Source: a virus
Virus record (IMG/VR): IMGVR_UViG_3300046168_000050
DNA: 64,000 nucleotides
Strand: one strand, 5' to 3'
Shown here: in pieces, positions 20,905-29,476 of the stretch
How the letters are laid out: the number at the start of each line of letters is the position of its first letter
Position numbering within the stretch: the first letter of the stretch is position 1
The notes under the pieces: generated by a model
Told to the model about the DNA's origin: nothing
What the model saw: the letters and a program-made list of their open reading frames with translations, nothing else
Database searches by the model: none
Made by a program: the position numbers and the translations under genes

Positions 20905-21704
20905 TTAATCCTTAATACCCATATACTTAGTATTAACACAGTCAGCTTTACCAAATATACGTTCGGCAGTTTTATCTGCATTTTTACAATACTTGTCTGC
21001 CATCTGATCAACGAACTCTTCGTAATCATTGCTGTGTGGTAAATGGCCTTCGCTAATACGATTTGCCGTATGCTGAACGTACCCGCTTACCTCTGTTAGG
21101 GCGACTTGAGGATGAACTCCGTATTGCGTCAAATACTCAATAGTAGCTGTTGAGGCTCTACCGCCATCTAACAAATTTCTATACATTAGTTCAAAACCAC
21201 GCCTAACGTGGTGACGCTTTTCTTCTGCTTCAAAAGCCTCTTCGCTAAACTCTTCAATTTTATGAGTTTCTTTAATGCTTTCGTAGCTGTCTATCAGCGT
21301 GGCAATATCTTTAATACTACCGTTAATTTTGTTTTCAATCGATATAAGAGAGTGTCGCTTGTGTCTAAGCTTGGCCTCTGCAACTATATCATTTAGTCCC
21401 TTCTAGCTCTAAAATTTCTACTCTTAATTCAGCGTGTGTGACTTGTGCTTCTGACAAGCGCCATTTTGCGTTTCTCAACTTCAGCCGTAATCTGACGCAG
21501 CATACGCATAGGGCTGTGACCGTTCAGCATTGTAAGGGTCATCATATTGATAGTGGTCTGACTGTTTTGACGATCAAAAGCCCTTGTTGCTTGGTCAATC
21601 ATAGGTAGCTTTTCTGCTACCCGTGCAGCGGCTACCTGATTTATGTTTTCAGAAGCTTCGACGGGAAGACTGAACGTAATCGGTTTTGTAACGACTTGGT
21701 TCAT
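20905..21704 (-). CDS. Helical hypothetical protein (~265 aa), interrupted by two extra bases near 21456 and 21399 (joins ORFs 21429..21704 and 20905..21186)
   Basis: Span 800 nt is 3n+2. The corrected read is continuous: KRKMALSEAQVTHAELRVEILELEGLNDIVAEAKLRHKRH...EEKRHHVRRGFELMYRNLL. Confidence 0.75.
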
Positions 21705-23332
21705 CAGGATGCCGCCCCTGATGATGAAGCACTCGCAACTGCCACTGATCTTAAATCCCCAAAGTCAGTAGCATTTCCAGTAGTTTGAATTGTTACTCGA
21801 TCTAATATATTCGTTGCTGAAGTGTTTCCTCCCCCAACAAAAACGGCATAAGTGCCATCTGAACAAGCTGAAAGTTCTTCTCTTGGCGAAGTCAAATCTC
21901 CAAAATCAGTTGTCCCACCAGACGTTCCTATAGTCATATATTCAATACTGTTTACCTCTCCACCAGAGCCTTTTCCCCCACCTCTTAAAGCACGAGTATC
22001 ATCAGAGGTTGCACTTGTTTCATAATTTGTTCCACCACTAAGATTTCCAAAGCTGGTAGCATTTCCCGCTGAAGCAATAGTAATGTAGTCAATAAGAGTT
22101 GATGGGCCACTGCCACCTTGACCACCTATAAACAAACCATAAGTATCGTTAGACGCTGCGGCTAATCGCTGGCGGCCAATACTTAAATTACCAAAATCAG
22201 TAGCGTCTCCAGTGGTTGCAATCGTGACATATTGCAATGTGTTAATGTAACCGCCATTTGAGCCGCCACCAAAAACACCACGACTACCATCAGACGCTGC
22301 CGCTAATTGGTTTTGACTTTCATCAAGATCACCAAAATCAGTAGCATTTCCAGTTGTAGCTGATGTTACATAATCAATTGTATTTGATACACTTCCAGTA
22401 GTACCACCGCCGCAAATCGACGCTTGATCCGTTGCTACAAGCATGCCGCCTCAGAACGTCCAACTGCTTGCGCTTTGATCGCCAAAGTCTGCTGCGTTTG
22501 CAGCACTTGCTATTGTATAAGTAGTCAATATCTGCAGGTATAGAAGTATTGGCTTTGCACTAAGAAGGTTACGCCCCTTTCGCACCGTGATTGACGGGTA
22601 ACATCTAAGAGCTCAGTGTCACAATGCGTGTCGTCGTAGAAATCCCGTCAGACGCACTTAGCCTTACCTTCACATCTCCAGCGTGACTGGTATTTGTCGT
22701 CGGATCGAACGTAAATACGCCAGTAGTGTGGTTTATACGACGTAGCATTTGCTAACTGATTGGGTAGAGCGTTAGAGGCAGTGGGATAGGCTATGCCATA
22801 GGTTATATCCAAAGCCTTCTGGGTCGTCAGCTACCATCGTGACAGTACTTGTTGAGCCATCGCCATGTTCAAACTCTAGGGTAGATCGCTGGCTCAGTAG
22901 TGACATTACAGGGCTTTCGTCCACGCCAGCGCTTACCCGCTTCCACTCTGTAGTTGTACGAATGTATAATTGATCAGCGGCTAGATCATAAGCAAGATCA
23001 CCTTCTGATGGAGAGGACACAGCGTCTATCGCGGTCTTGTTAGCATAGGATGTTACGCCACCGGCTTCACCACTATTACCAGCTGGACCACTAATACCTA
23101 CCCATTGAGAAGATGATCCGTCATTATAATAAACATATAAGGAGCCATCAGTACTATTAAACCACTGATCACCAGCTACAGCACCTGAAGGAGCGGTGTC
23201 TGAAACTGTAACATTTGTTGTATTATCACCACTAACATCCCACTTACTTGTAGTGGAATTATATGTATATACAGCACCGTTAATTGTCTGAGTATCACCG
23301 TTACTAGGACTATCTGGAAAATTTATTGCCAT
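21704..23332 (-). CDS. Fibre with a C-terminal kelch-like (GNATDFGDL) repeat propeller; multiple indels between ~22440 and 22910
   Basis: Fragments in shifting frames give MAINFPDSP...QWV...DPEGF(D)ITYGIAYP...FTFDPTT...LSASDGI...DIDY.TIASAANAADFGD, then ~43-aa IDYVT.ATTGNATDFGDL repeats; same layout as the flanking paralogs. Confidence 0.7.
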
Positions 23333-25890
23333 TCTATTAACCTTCTAATGAAGCTGTTGGTGGTGTAAAGTTTGCGGTGTATCTTGCTAAACCATCAGTG
23401 ACACGAACATCTTGGATATAGCCCTCAAAGGCATAGTTGCCTGATGTCAAAAATGCTGCTATTATCCAATTTGATGATCCAGCATCTATATTGGTAGCCG
23501 AACTAAGTGTATCTTCTAATGTTCCATTTATATAAAACTTATAAGTACTCGCACTTGAATCTCTTACCAGAGAAATGTGACTCCAAGCATTCGTTGTGAT
23601 AGAACCAAAGTTACCGTTATAAAAATAAGTGCCATTATTAGACGAACTCATCGCAGCAGCTATATTTCCACTTTGATGATAAAATTGTAATCCGTAGCCC
23701 TTACTAAACGGCATCAAAAGATTTGTATCTTGAGTTGGATACATCCAAAACTCAACCGTATAGTCCTTAGAAAATATAGAATCATCGGCAGGAATACTTA
23801 TATAATCTCCAGTTCCATCAAAATACATTGACTTAGAACCGGCAAACTTAACCTGAGTCGTTGAACCAGTACTATTACCAAACATCTTTAAATTAGAACT
23901 TTGAGATTTATCTATGATCGAAGCGTCTGTGCCTTTGATGTGCAAAGCAGAATTACTGTCAGTAGACATCAAGGCAGTAGGTACAGAACTTTCAGAAGCA
24001 GTGCCACCAATGACATACTGGAAATCAGCTATATATCCCCCTAGAAAGTTTTCAACACCACTAGACCCATTTGAAGCCGCCCCTACAATTAGGGTTCTAT
24101 TAGGATTCCCAAGGTCAGGCATACTTTGTGTGCCAATAGTATCACCGTTTACCTTGAAGGTTACTGTGCTGCTGCTGCAAGTAAGTTCGTAGTAATACCA
24201 TATTTTTTCGCTTGGAATAAAGTCGAATATTTTCTTAGCGTAAGACCCACTGTTCATATACTCTAGAACAGGCTTGTTGCCGTGTTGGTTCATCCATTTT
24301 AAACCAAACCCACCGGGGGTGTTAAAATAATAGTTACTAAAGTACCCATAAGCATTATTAGATGACGTAATTAACTCATTATGATAAACCCAAAATTTTA
24401 CTGTCCAATCTGAAGTGCCTAACGTAAAATCATTATGGTCTGCTACGGTTATACACCCCCCACTATTGTAACTTGCCCTATCAAAATAAACAGATCCACC
24501 GTGATCTGCTGAAGCATATTCTAAATTGTCATATTGAGTGTATGGTTTTGTGGAAACATTATTATATGCACTAACCGTATAATTATTTGATGAGCCATCG
24601 CCAAAATACGGAAGGTGTGCAGTTAATAACCATGTATCACTATCGGCAACTGCTCTTTCTGTTGGAACAGTTGTTGGAGAGGATATAGCAGCGGTTTTTA
24701 CATGAACATCCGTAATATATCCTTCAAAATCTAATCCAGTTGTACCATTATCATAGAAATGTCTGATACCAATGGAAGGAGCATTTGTATGTGTATAAAG
24801 AGCATAAGTCATATCACTGTTTTGCACGACTAGTGATCCATTAATATACATATAAGTGACGTTACTTGTTCTATTAATTAATATATAAGACCATTCATTT
24901 AAACTCACTGGGTTTGTACTCATCATAGATCTGTGGGTAGATCCATCACTGTGGCGCCACACTAATTTTGTAGAACCCTCAAGATATAAGTCGTGCCAAC
25001 CAGCTTGGAGGTTATTTGAGACATTAGTACTATATATCCACTTATCATTGCCCGCTGTTGGATATATCCATGCACCAATACTAAAATCTGCATTTGCTCC
25101 AGCTAAAGTAGATTTTGTACCTTCAATTGTAATTCTTTCGCTTCCGCCAGTTCCAAAATAAGCGCTGTACCCACCATGCCGATACGGGCTAAACGTACCA
25201 GCATAAGCATCTCCAGTTACTGTAATGCTATGGTTATTTGAAGACGTATCAGCTATGTTATTGTTATCAGAAGTTCCAGTTGCTGTCGCTAACAAAGTTG
25301 TATACTTACTATTAGTAACTATAGTAATAAAATTCAATGTAAAGCTATTAGCGCTCGTTGCAGTATTAATTCCATCTGAAGCTGTAAATGTCAAACTAAA
25401 TGTACCAGCATAAGCTTCGGTAGTAGAGGGCGTAACTGTAAACTTGTTAGTATTAGACCCTGTACCTTGTACAACAGTTGCAGTTGTACCTCCACCATTG
25501 CTTAGAGAACCGCTAGTAACAGAATAGGTATAAGTTAATGGTACATCTTCTGGATCAGTTGCAGTAATTGTTATAACACTAGCTGATCCATCAGTTGATA
25601 AGGTAAATGGTGTAGTATTAGAACTAGCATCTGCTACACTTGTAATATTAGGGTTAGTATTTACTAACGATATAGAATACCAGCCTGTTCCATTAAAAAT
25701 ATAAAACCGATTTACTGCAGTCACATAAGCTTGATCTCCAGCTGTATTTCCAGTCAATGGTAGATTATCAATTGTATCATATATTGATACAGAAGACCCA
25801 TCACTGCCGGCAGCACCGGTAGGGCCTTTTAGGCCAACTGGATTACTCAATACCCATTGAGAAGATGATCCGTCATTATAATAAACATAT
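23099..25890. repeat. 40-bp exact direct repeat shared by two fibre genes (23099-23138 and 25851-25890)
   Basis: TACCCATTGAGAAGATGATCCGTCATTATAATAAACATAT twice; encodes YVYYNDGSSSQWV. Confidence 0.9.
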
Positions 25891-26048
25891 GTTCTAAGAA
25901 CCGTTGAATCAAACCACAAATCACCCGCACTGGGCCCAGACGGCGCTGTATCTGATACAGTGATAGAGCCACCTCCCCCAGTAGCTCCTGCCGCTAAACC
26001 CTTGGTGACTCTTTTTGCTTTTACTTGAGAATATCTATTGTTTGCCAT
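23337..26048 (-). CDS. Fibre/adhesin with three LamG/ConA-like domains; paralog of 18344..20860
   Basis: Shares the WYS.SLVNTNP...AGTFSPYR block, KGTDASIIDKSQSSNLK and the identical C-terminus GLARYTANFTPPTASLEG; the lectin cores diverge. Confidence 0.85.
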   Translation of the reverse strand: MANNRYSQVKAKRVTKGLAAGATGGGGSITVSDTAPSGPSAGDLWFDSTVLRTYVYYNDGSSSQWVLSNPVGLKGPTGAAGSDGSSVSIYDTIDNLPLTGNTAGDQAYVTAVNRFYIFNGTGWYSISLVNTNPNITSVADASSNTTPFTLSTDGSASVITITATDPEDVPLTYTYSVTSGSLSNGGGTTATVVQGTGSNTNKFTVTPSTTEAYAGTFSLTFTASDGINTATSANSFTLNFITIVTNSKYTTLLATATGTSDNNNIADTSSNNHSITVTGDAYAGTFSPYRHGGYSAYFGTGGSERITIEGTKSTLAGANADFSIGAWIYPTAGNDKWIYSTNVSNNLQAGWHDLYLEGSTKLVWRHSDGSTHRSMMSTNPVSLNEWSYILINRTSNVTYMYINGSLVVQNSDMTYALYTHTNAPSIGIRHFYDNGTTGLDFEGYITDVHVKTAAISSPTTVPTERAVADSDTWLLTAHLPYFGDGSSNNYTVSAYNNVSTKPYTQYDNLEYASADHGGSVYFDRASYNSGGCITVADHNDFTLGTSDWTVKFWVYHNELITSSNNAYGYFSNYYFNTPGGFGLKWMNQHGNKPVLEYMNSGSYAKKIFDFIPSEKIWYYYELTCSSSTVTFKVNGDTIGTQSMPDLGNPNRTLIVGAASNGSSGVENFLGGYIADFQYVIGGTASESSVPTALMSTDSNSALHIKGTDASIIDKSQSSNLKMFGNSTGSTTQVKFAGSKSMYFDGTGDYISIPADDSIFSKDYTVEFWMYPTQDTNLLMPFSKGYGLQFYHQSGNIAAAMSSSNNGTYFYNGNFGSITTNAWSHISLVRDSSASTYKFYINGTLEDTLSSATNIDAGSSNWIIAAFLTSGNYAFEGYIQDVRVTDGLARYTANFTPPTASLEG

Positions 26049-26049
26049 A

Positions 26050-28539
26050 TTAGTTCTCTATCAATACCCATCCGTTAGTTGCATTATAATAAACAAACCC
26101 TATTCCTGCTCTATCAAAGTCAATAATAAAGTCAGAATCACCTGCTTGTATTTTACTGCCATTCCTTGCTACAGTAATATTATTTGTACCAGCGTTACCT
26201 TCACCGTCAATAATTCTTATTTCATCTCCCATTGATGGTCCAGCTGGTAACGTTACTTGAACGGTGCCAGTTGAAACGTCGATGAATAATTTATCACCAG
26301 CCGATGCATTAACATTTGTACTCGAAGCATTCCACACACTAGATTGTAGCATATGATATGAAGCAACATTAATATAATCTGCAGAATCAGCTGCAGATGC
26401 CAATACAATAGAGCTACCATTCGTTGCTGTATAATCCGCATCATCTAATAAGATACCGTTTAAAAATACCTGAGTATTACCAGCGCTATAATCTAAATTT
26501 GTTCCATTTTCATCAGACCCAGTAAAAGTGGTTTGACCTGAGTCAGCAATGAAGCTAAACGTATTTATACCACCTGCAGAAACCTTACCTCCACTAAAGG
26601 ACGTAACCGCAAGTTCGTTTCCTGAATCTGCGCCTGTATTAAGAACTACACTAGTGCCATTTGAAGCTGTATAGTCAACTGTTTCTTTTAGCATAAAGCC
26701 GTTAAGATGTATTAATACATTACCAGGAGAATAGCTTAATGTGGTCCCGTTGACGTCAGCGCCAGTAAATGTAGTCTGTCCTGCGGTCGCAGTGTAGTTA
26801 AATTTATTAATATTAAGAGCCGCAGTAAACGCAGTTCTTGCAGATACATAATCACTGTCGACAGTATTAGCAATGAGAGAAATAGTTTGAGCAGAATCGA
26901 CTGTACCAGATCCTCCTCCACCGCCAGAGTTAGCTTCTCTTAATGCGACATATGCAGAATCAACCGTAGTTGTAATAAGAGCAATAGTTGCAGCAGAATC
27001 TACACCACCTGCCGTAATATCAGATGTAAGCGCTAATGTGCCAGAAGTAGTTGGAAGAGTAATATCAACATTGCCTGAGTAAGCTGAATGAGCGGCTGAC
27101 TTAAGTCTAGTTCTATGCGCATTAGAGGTTTCACAGTAGAAATCTGCATAGGCTACACTTCCCGTGCCGGAGCGAATAGTTATGCCGCCGTCAGCTATGG
27201 TTACACCGCCTGTTGATCCATTTCCATCAATAGTAAGAGCTGAATCATCTAAAATTCCAGCTAGGAAGCTATGATTAACTTTTACTGTAACATCTGAATC
27301 AGATCTAGGCGTTGTATAATAAAGATTAGTAGAACCTTCTGAAAGGGCGTCTGTTGTATGATTTGAAATACTAGAAACCGTACCAGTTACATTTCCAGTA
27401 ACATTGCCGGTCAATGTTCCAACATTAAGATTTGCAAGAGTAAATCCTGTACCTGATCTATTTACAACGTTAGGAGGTAAAGAAGAATCAAAGGCCGAAT
27501 CAATTAGCCCATTAAAAATATAAAATTCACTATTCGTGGCATCTCTAAAGAAACCGGTATGTTCCCTGGTGGCGCCATTATCAGGTGAATAATGGCCTAT
27601 AAATCCAATATCTACTACATCAGATTGCTCATTACTATCTGCAAGATGTAATAGCGGATCAACTACTGTATATACTACAGAGTTAACACTAGTAGTTGTG
27701 CCATTAACAGTTAAATTGTTAGCAGTAACATTAGAGAATGTAACGGAATCAGTGGTACCAACGGCTTGACCAATAGCTATCTCGCCAGAAGCAATAGTAA
27801 CTCCGGTTCCAGCCGTAAAATGTGCCCTTGCTTCCGCCGCGCTGGGGCCTGTATACGTTAAAACTCCTGTAGAGTTATTATAAGCTAGTGATCCATCTCC
27901 ACCAGCATCAGTTACAGAAATAAGTTTTCGTGCTTCTGCCGAATCTACAAAATCGGTGCCGAGGGTAGGTAGTGTAGGCGTGTTAGTAAAGTTATTATAG
28001 TCTAGATGATAGGCGCTGTTATTACCACCTAGCGTATCTGCATCAATAGTTAAAGCATTAATATATGCCGCATTGACTGTAGATGTAATTTGTCCTTGAA
28101 CTGCTGTAGAGTCATGTGTGTCTGCAGCAGCAATAAGTAGATTAACTTGAGCCGAATCAACAAAATCTGTTCCTAGTGTAGGAATAGTAGGAGTGTTCGT
28201 AAAGTTAGCGTAGTTTAAAAGATATCCCGTGGTCAATCCACCAACGGTATCGGCGTCAATGGTTAAAGCATTAATGAATGCAGCATCAACGTCGGTAGAG
28301 ATAACGTTAGAAATAAATGCAGAATCTCTGAAGATATCAGCTTGTCTTGCCTGAATGTAAGCTGAATCAATTAGACCGACAATTGAGGCTGAATCAGTTC
28401 CAGTAACCTCTATACCACCTACAGTAGATCCGTCACCTACATATAGCTTGTTTGTATCGCTGGTAAAGACTGGTTCTCCGACCACTGGTGTGATCGTGAG
28501 TCTATCTGAATCAGTACCTCTTCTAAACTGTAATGGCAT
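26050..28539 (-). CDS. Tail fibre with an Mtd-N-like N-terminus, DS repeats, two ATAGQTTF modules and a C-terminal gp34-like domain
   Basis: MPLQFRRGT...GEPVFTSDTNKLYVGDG; ~21 DS; C-terminal AGDKLFIDVS...VTLP..P..GD.I.IID...NGW. Confidence 0.8.
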   Translation of the reverse strand: MPLQFRRGTDSDRLTITPVVGEPVFTSDTNKLYVGDGSTVGGIEVTGTDSASIVGLIDSAYIQARQADIFRDSAFISNVISTDVDAAFINALTIDADTVGGLTTGYLLNYANFTNTPTIPTLGTDFVDSAQVNLLIAAADTHDSTAVQGQITSTVNAAYINALTIDADTLGGNNSAYHLDYNNFTNTPTLPTLGTDFVDSAEARKLISVTDAGGDGSLAYNNSTGVLTYTGPSAAEARAHFTAGTGVTIASGEIAIGQAVGTTDSVTFSNVTANNLTVNGTTTSVNSVVYTVVDPLLHLADSNEQSDVVDIGFIGHYSPDNGATREHTGFFRDATNSEFYIFNGLIDSAFDSSLPPNVVNRSGTGFTLANLNVGTLTGNVTGNVTGTVSSISNHTTDALSEGSTNLYYTTPRSDSDVTVKVNHSFLAGILDDSALTIDGNGSTGGVTIADGGITIRSGTGSVAYADFYCETSNAHRTRLKSAAHSAYSGNVDITLPTTSGTLALTSDITAGGVDSAATIALITTTVDSAYVALREANSGGGGGSGTVDSAQTISLIANTVDSDYVSARTAFTAALNINKFNYTATAGQTTFTGADVNGTTLSYSPGNVLIHLNGFMLKETVDYTASNGTSVVLNTGADSGNELAVTSFSGGKVSAGGINTFSFIADSGQTTFTGSDENGTNLDYSAGNTQVFLNGILLDDADYTATNGSSIVLASAADSADYINVASYHMLQSSVWNASSTNVNASAGDKLFIDVSTGTVQVTLPAGPSMGDEIRIIDGEGNAGTNNITVARNGSKIQAGDSDFIIDFDRAGIGFVYYNATNGWVLIEN

Positions 28540-28564
28540 TTATTACCTCAATAAATTCTGCTTA

Positions 28565-28572
28565 TATTTATA
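28565..28572 (-). promoter_or_regulatory. T4-type late promoter
   Basis: TATAAATA upstream of ATG 28539, with SD GAGGT. Confidence 0.8.
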
Positions 28573-28575
28573 AGT

Positions 28576-29403
28576 CTATATGGCGCCCATATCTAATGTA
28601 AATCCTACAGGACTCAATATTGTCCCAAAATCAAAAACTTGATTAGCTGTAGAAGCAATCGTTACTCTCTTATTATTAACATCTGTTGTGATATCAATTC
28701 CTGTACCGCCAGCAAATGTAACTGTATCACCACCTGTGGTAGCATCTACTGATAAGTCACCAACTACTGCTACTGTACCGAAGTTATTAACAAAGTCTCC
28801 TGATCTAATTGCAACGTAAGCCGAGTCAACAATAGTAGCAACATAATTTTCTTTAATTAAATTTTGTACAAAGGCGCTATCAACAATTCCCGCTACTTCA
28901 TTTGAATCAACTGGGCCTACTGTATTAGCAGCAATTCCACCAATAAATGCTGAGTCAGGAATAATAGGAGCGTTAGTAAAGTTATTATAGTTAAGATAAT
29001 ATGTACCATCTTGCCCATCTAATGTTCCGGCATTAACATCTAATAAATTTACAAATGATTGATCGACATGGCTATCAATTATACTATTAATAGCGGCAGA
29101 ATCTAATCCCACCGAGCCCCTATTTACAAATGTAAGGGTGCCAGAACCATTAGTAGTTAAAACCTGGTTAGCGGCGCCATCTGTAGCGGGAAGTGAATAG
29201 TTGCCGACAGTGAGATTATCTGTCGTAAGGGTATTAAAATGAGCTGAATCATTACTCTGAAAATGCTGTACCGTATTACCAGATGTCTTATAGTACAAGC
29301 GGCCATCAGCATAGTTGATAGCTACTTCGCCGTACTCGAGGTCCGTATTAAGAGGTATGCGTCCAGCAACACTGGACTTTTTCAGTTTAATGTTAGTCGA
29401 CAT
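28576..29403 (-). CDS. Short fibre/adaptor protein
   Basis: MSTNIKLKKSS...GEVAINYADGRLYYK N-terminal domain; 7 DS; ends FDFGTI...LDMGAI. Confidence 0.75.
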   Translation of the reverse strand: MSTNIKLKKSSVAGRIPLNTDLEYGEVAINYADGRLYYKTSGNTVQHFQSNDSAHFNTLTTDNLTVGNYSLPATDGAANQVLTTNGSGTLTFVNRGSVGLDSAAINSIIDSHVDQSFVNLLDVNAGTLDGQDGTYYLNYNNFTNAPIIPDSAFIGGIAANTVGPVDSNEVAGIVDSAFVQNLIKENYVATIVDSAYVAIRSGDFVNNFGTVAVVGDLSVDATTGGDTVTFAGGTGIDITTDVNNKRVTIASTANQVFDFGTILSPVGFTLDMGAI

Positions 29404-29431
29404 TTTAATCCCTAAAAAGGAGTTTATTTAA

Positions 29432-29459
29432 AGTCGGACAACTAAAAAGCTATCCGACT
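29432..29459 (-). promoter_or_regulatory. Intergenic 12-bp RNA hairpin (terminator or translational control element)
   Basis: Minus strand AGTCGGATAGCT-TTTT-AGTTGTCCGACT; the two non-Watson-Crick pairs are G-U only on the transcribed strand. Confidence 0.65.
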
Positions 29460-29476
29460 ATATTAATATTATATAT

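Noticed and set aside
18344-23425. Diversity-generating retroelement template/variable repeat pair at the LamG gene 3' ends
   Set aside because: Both copies are coding, the differences are not adenine-specific, and there is no reverse transcriptase in the window
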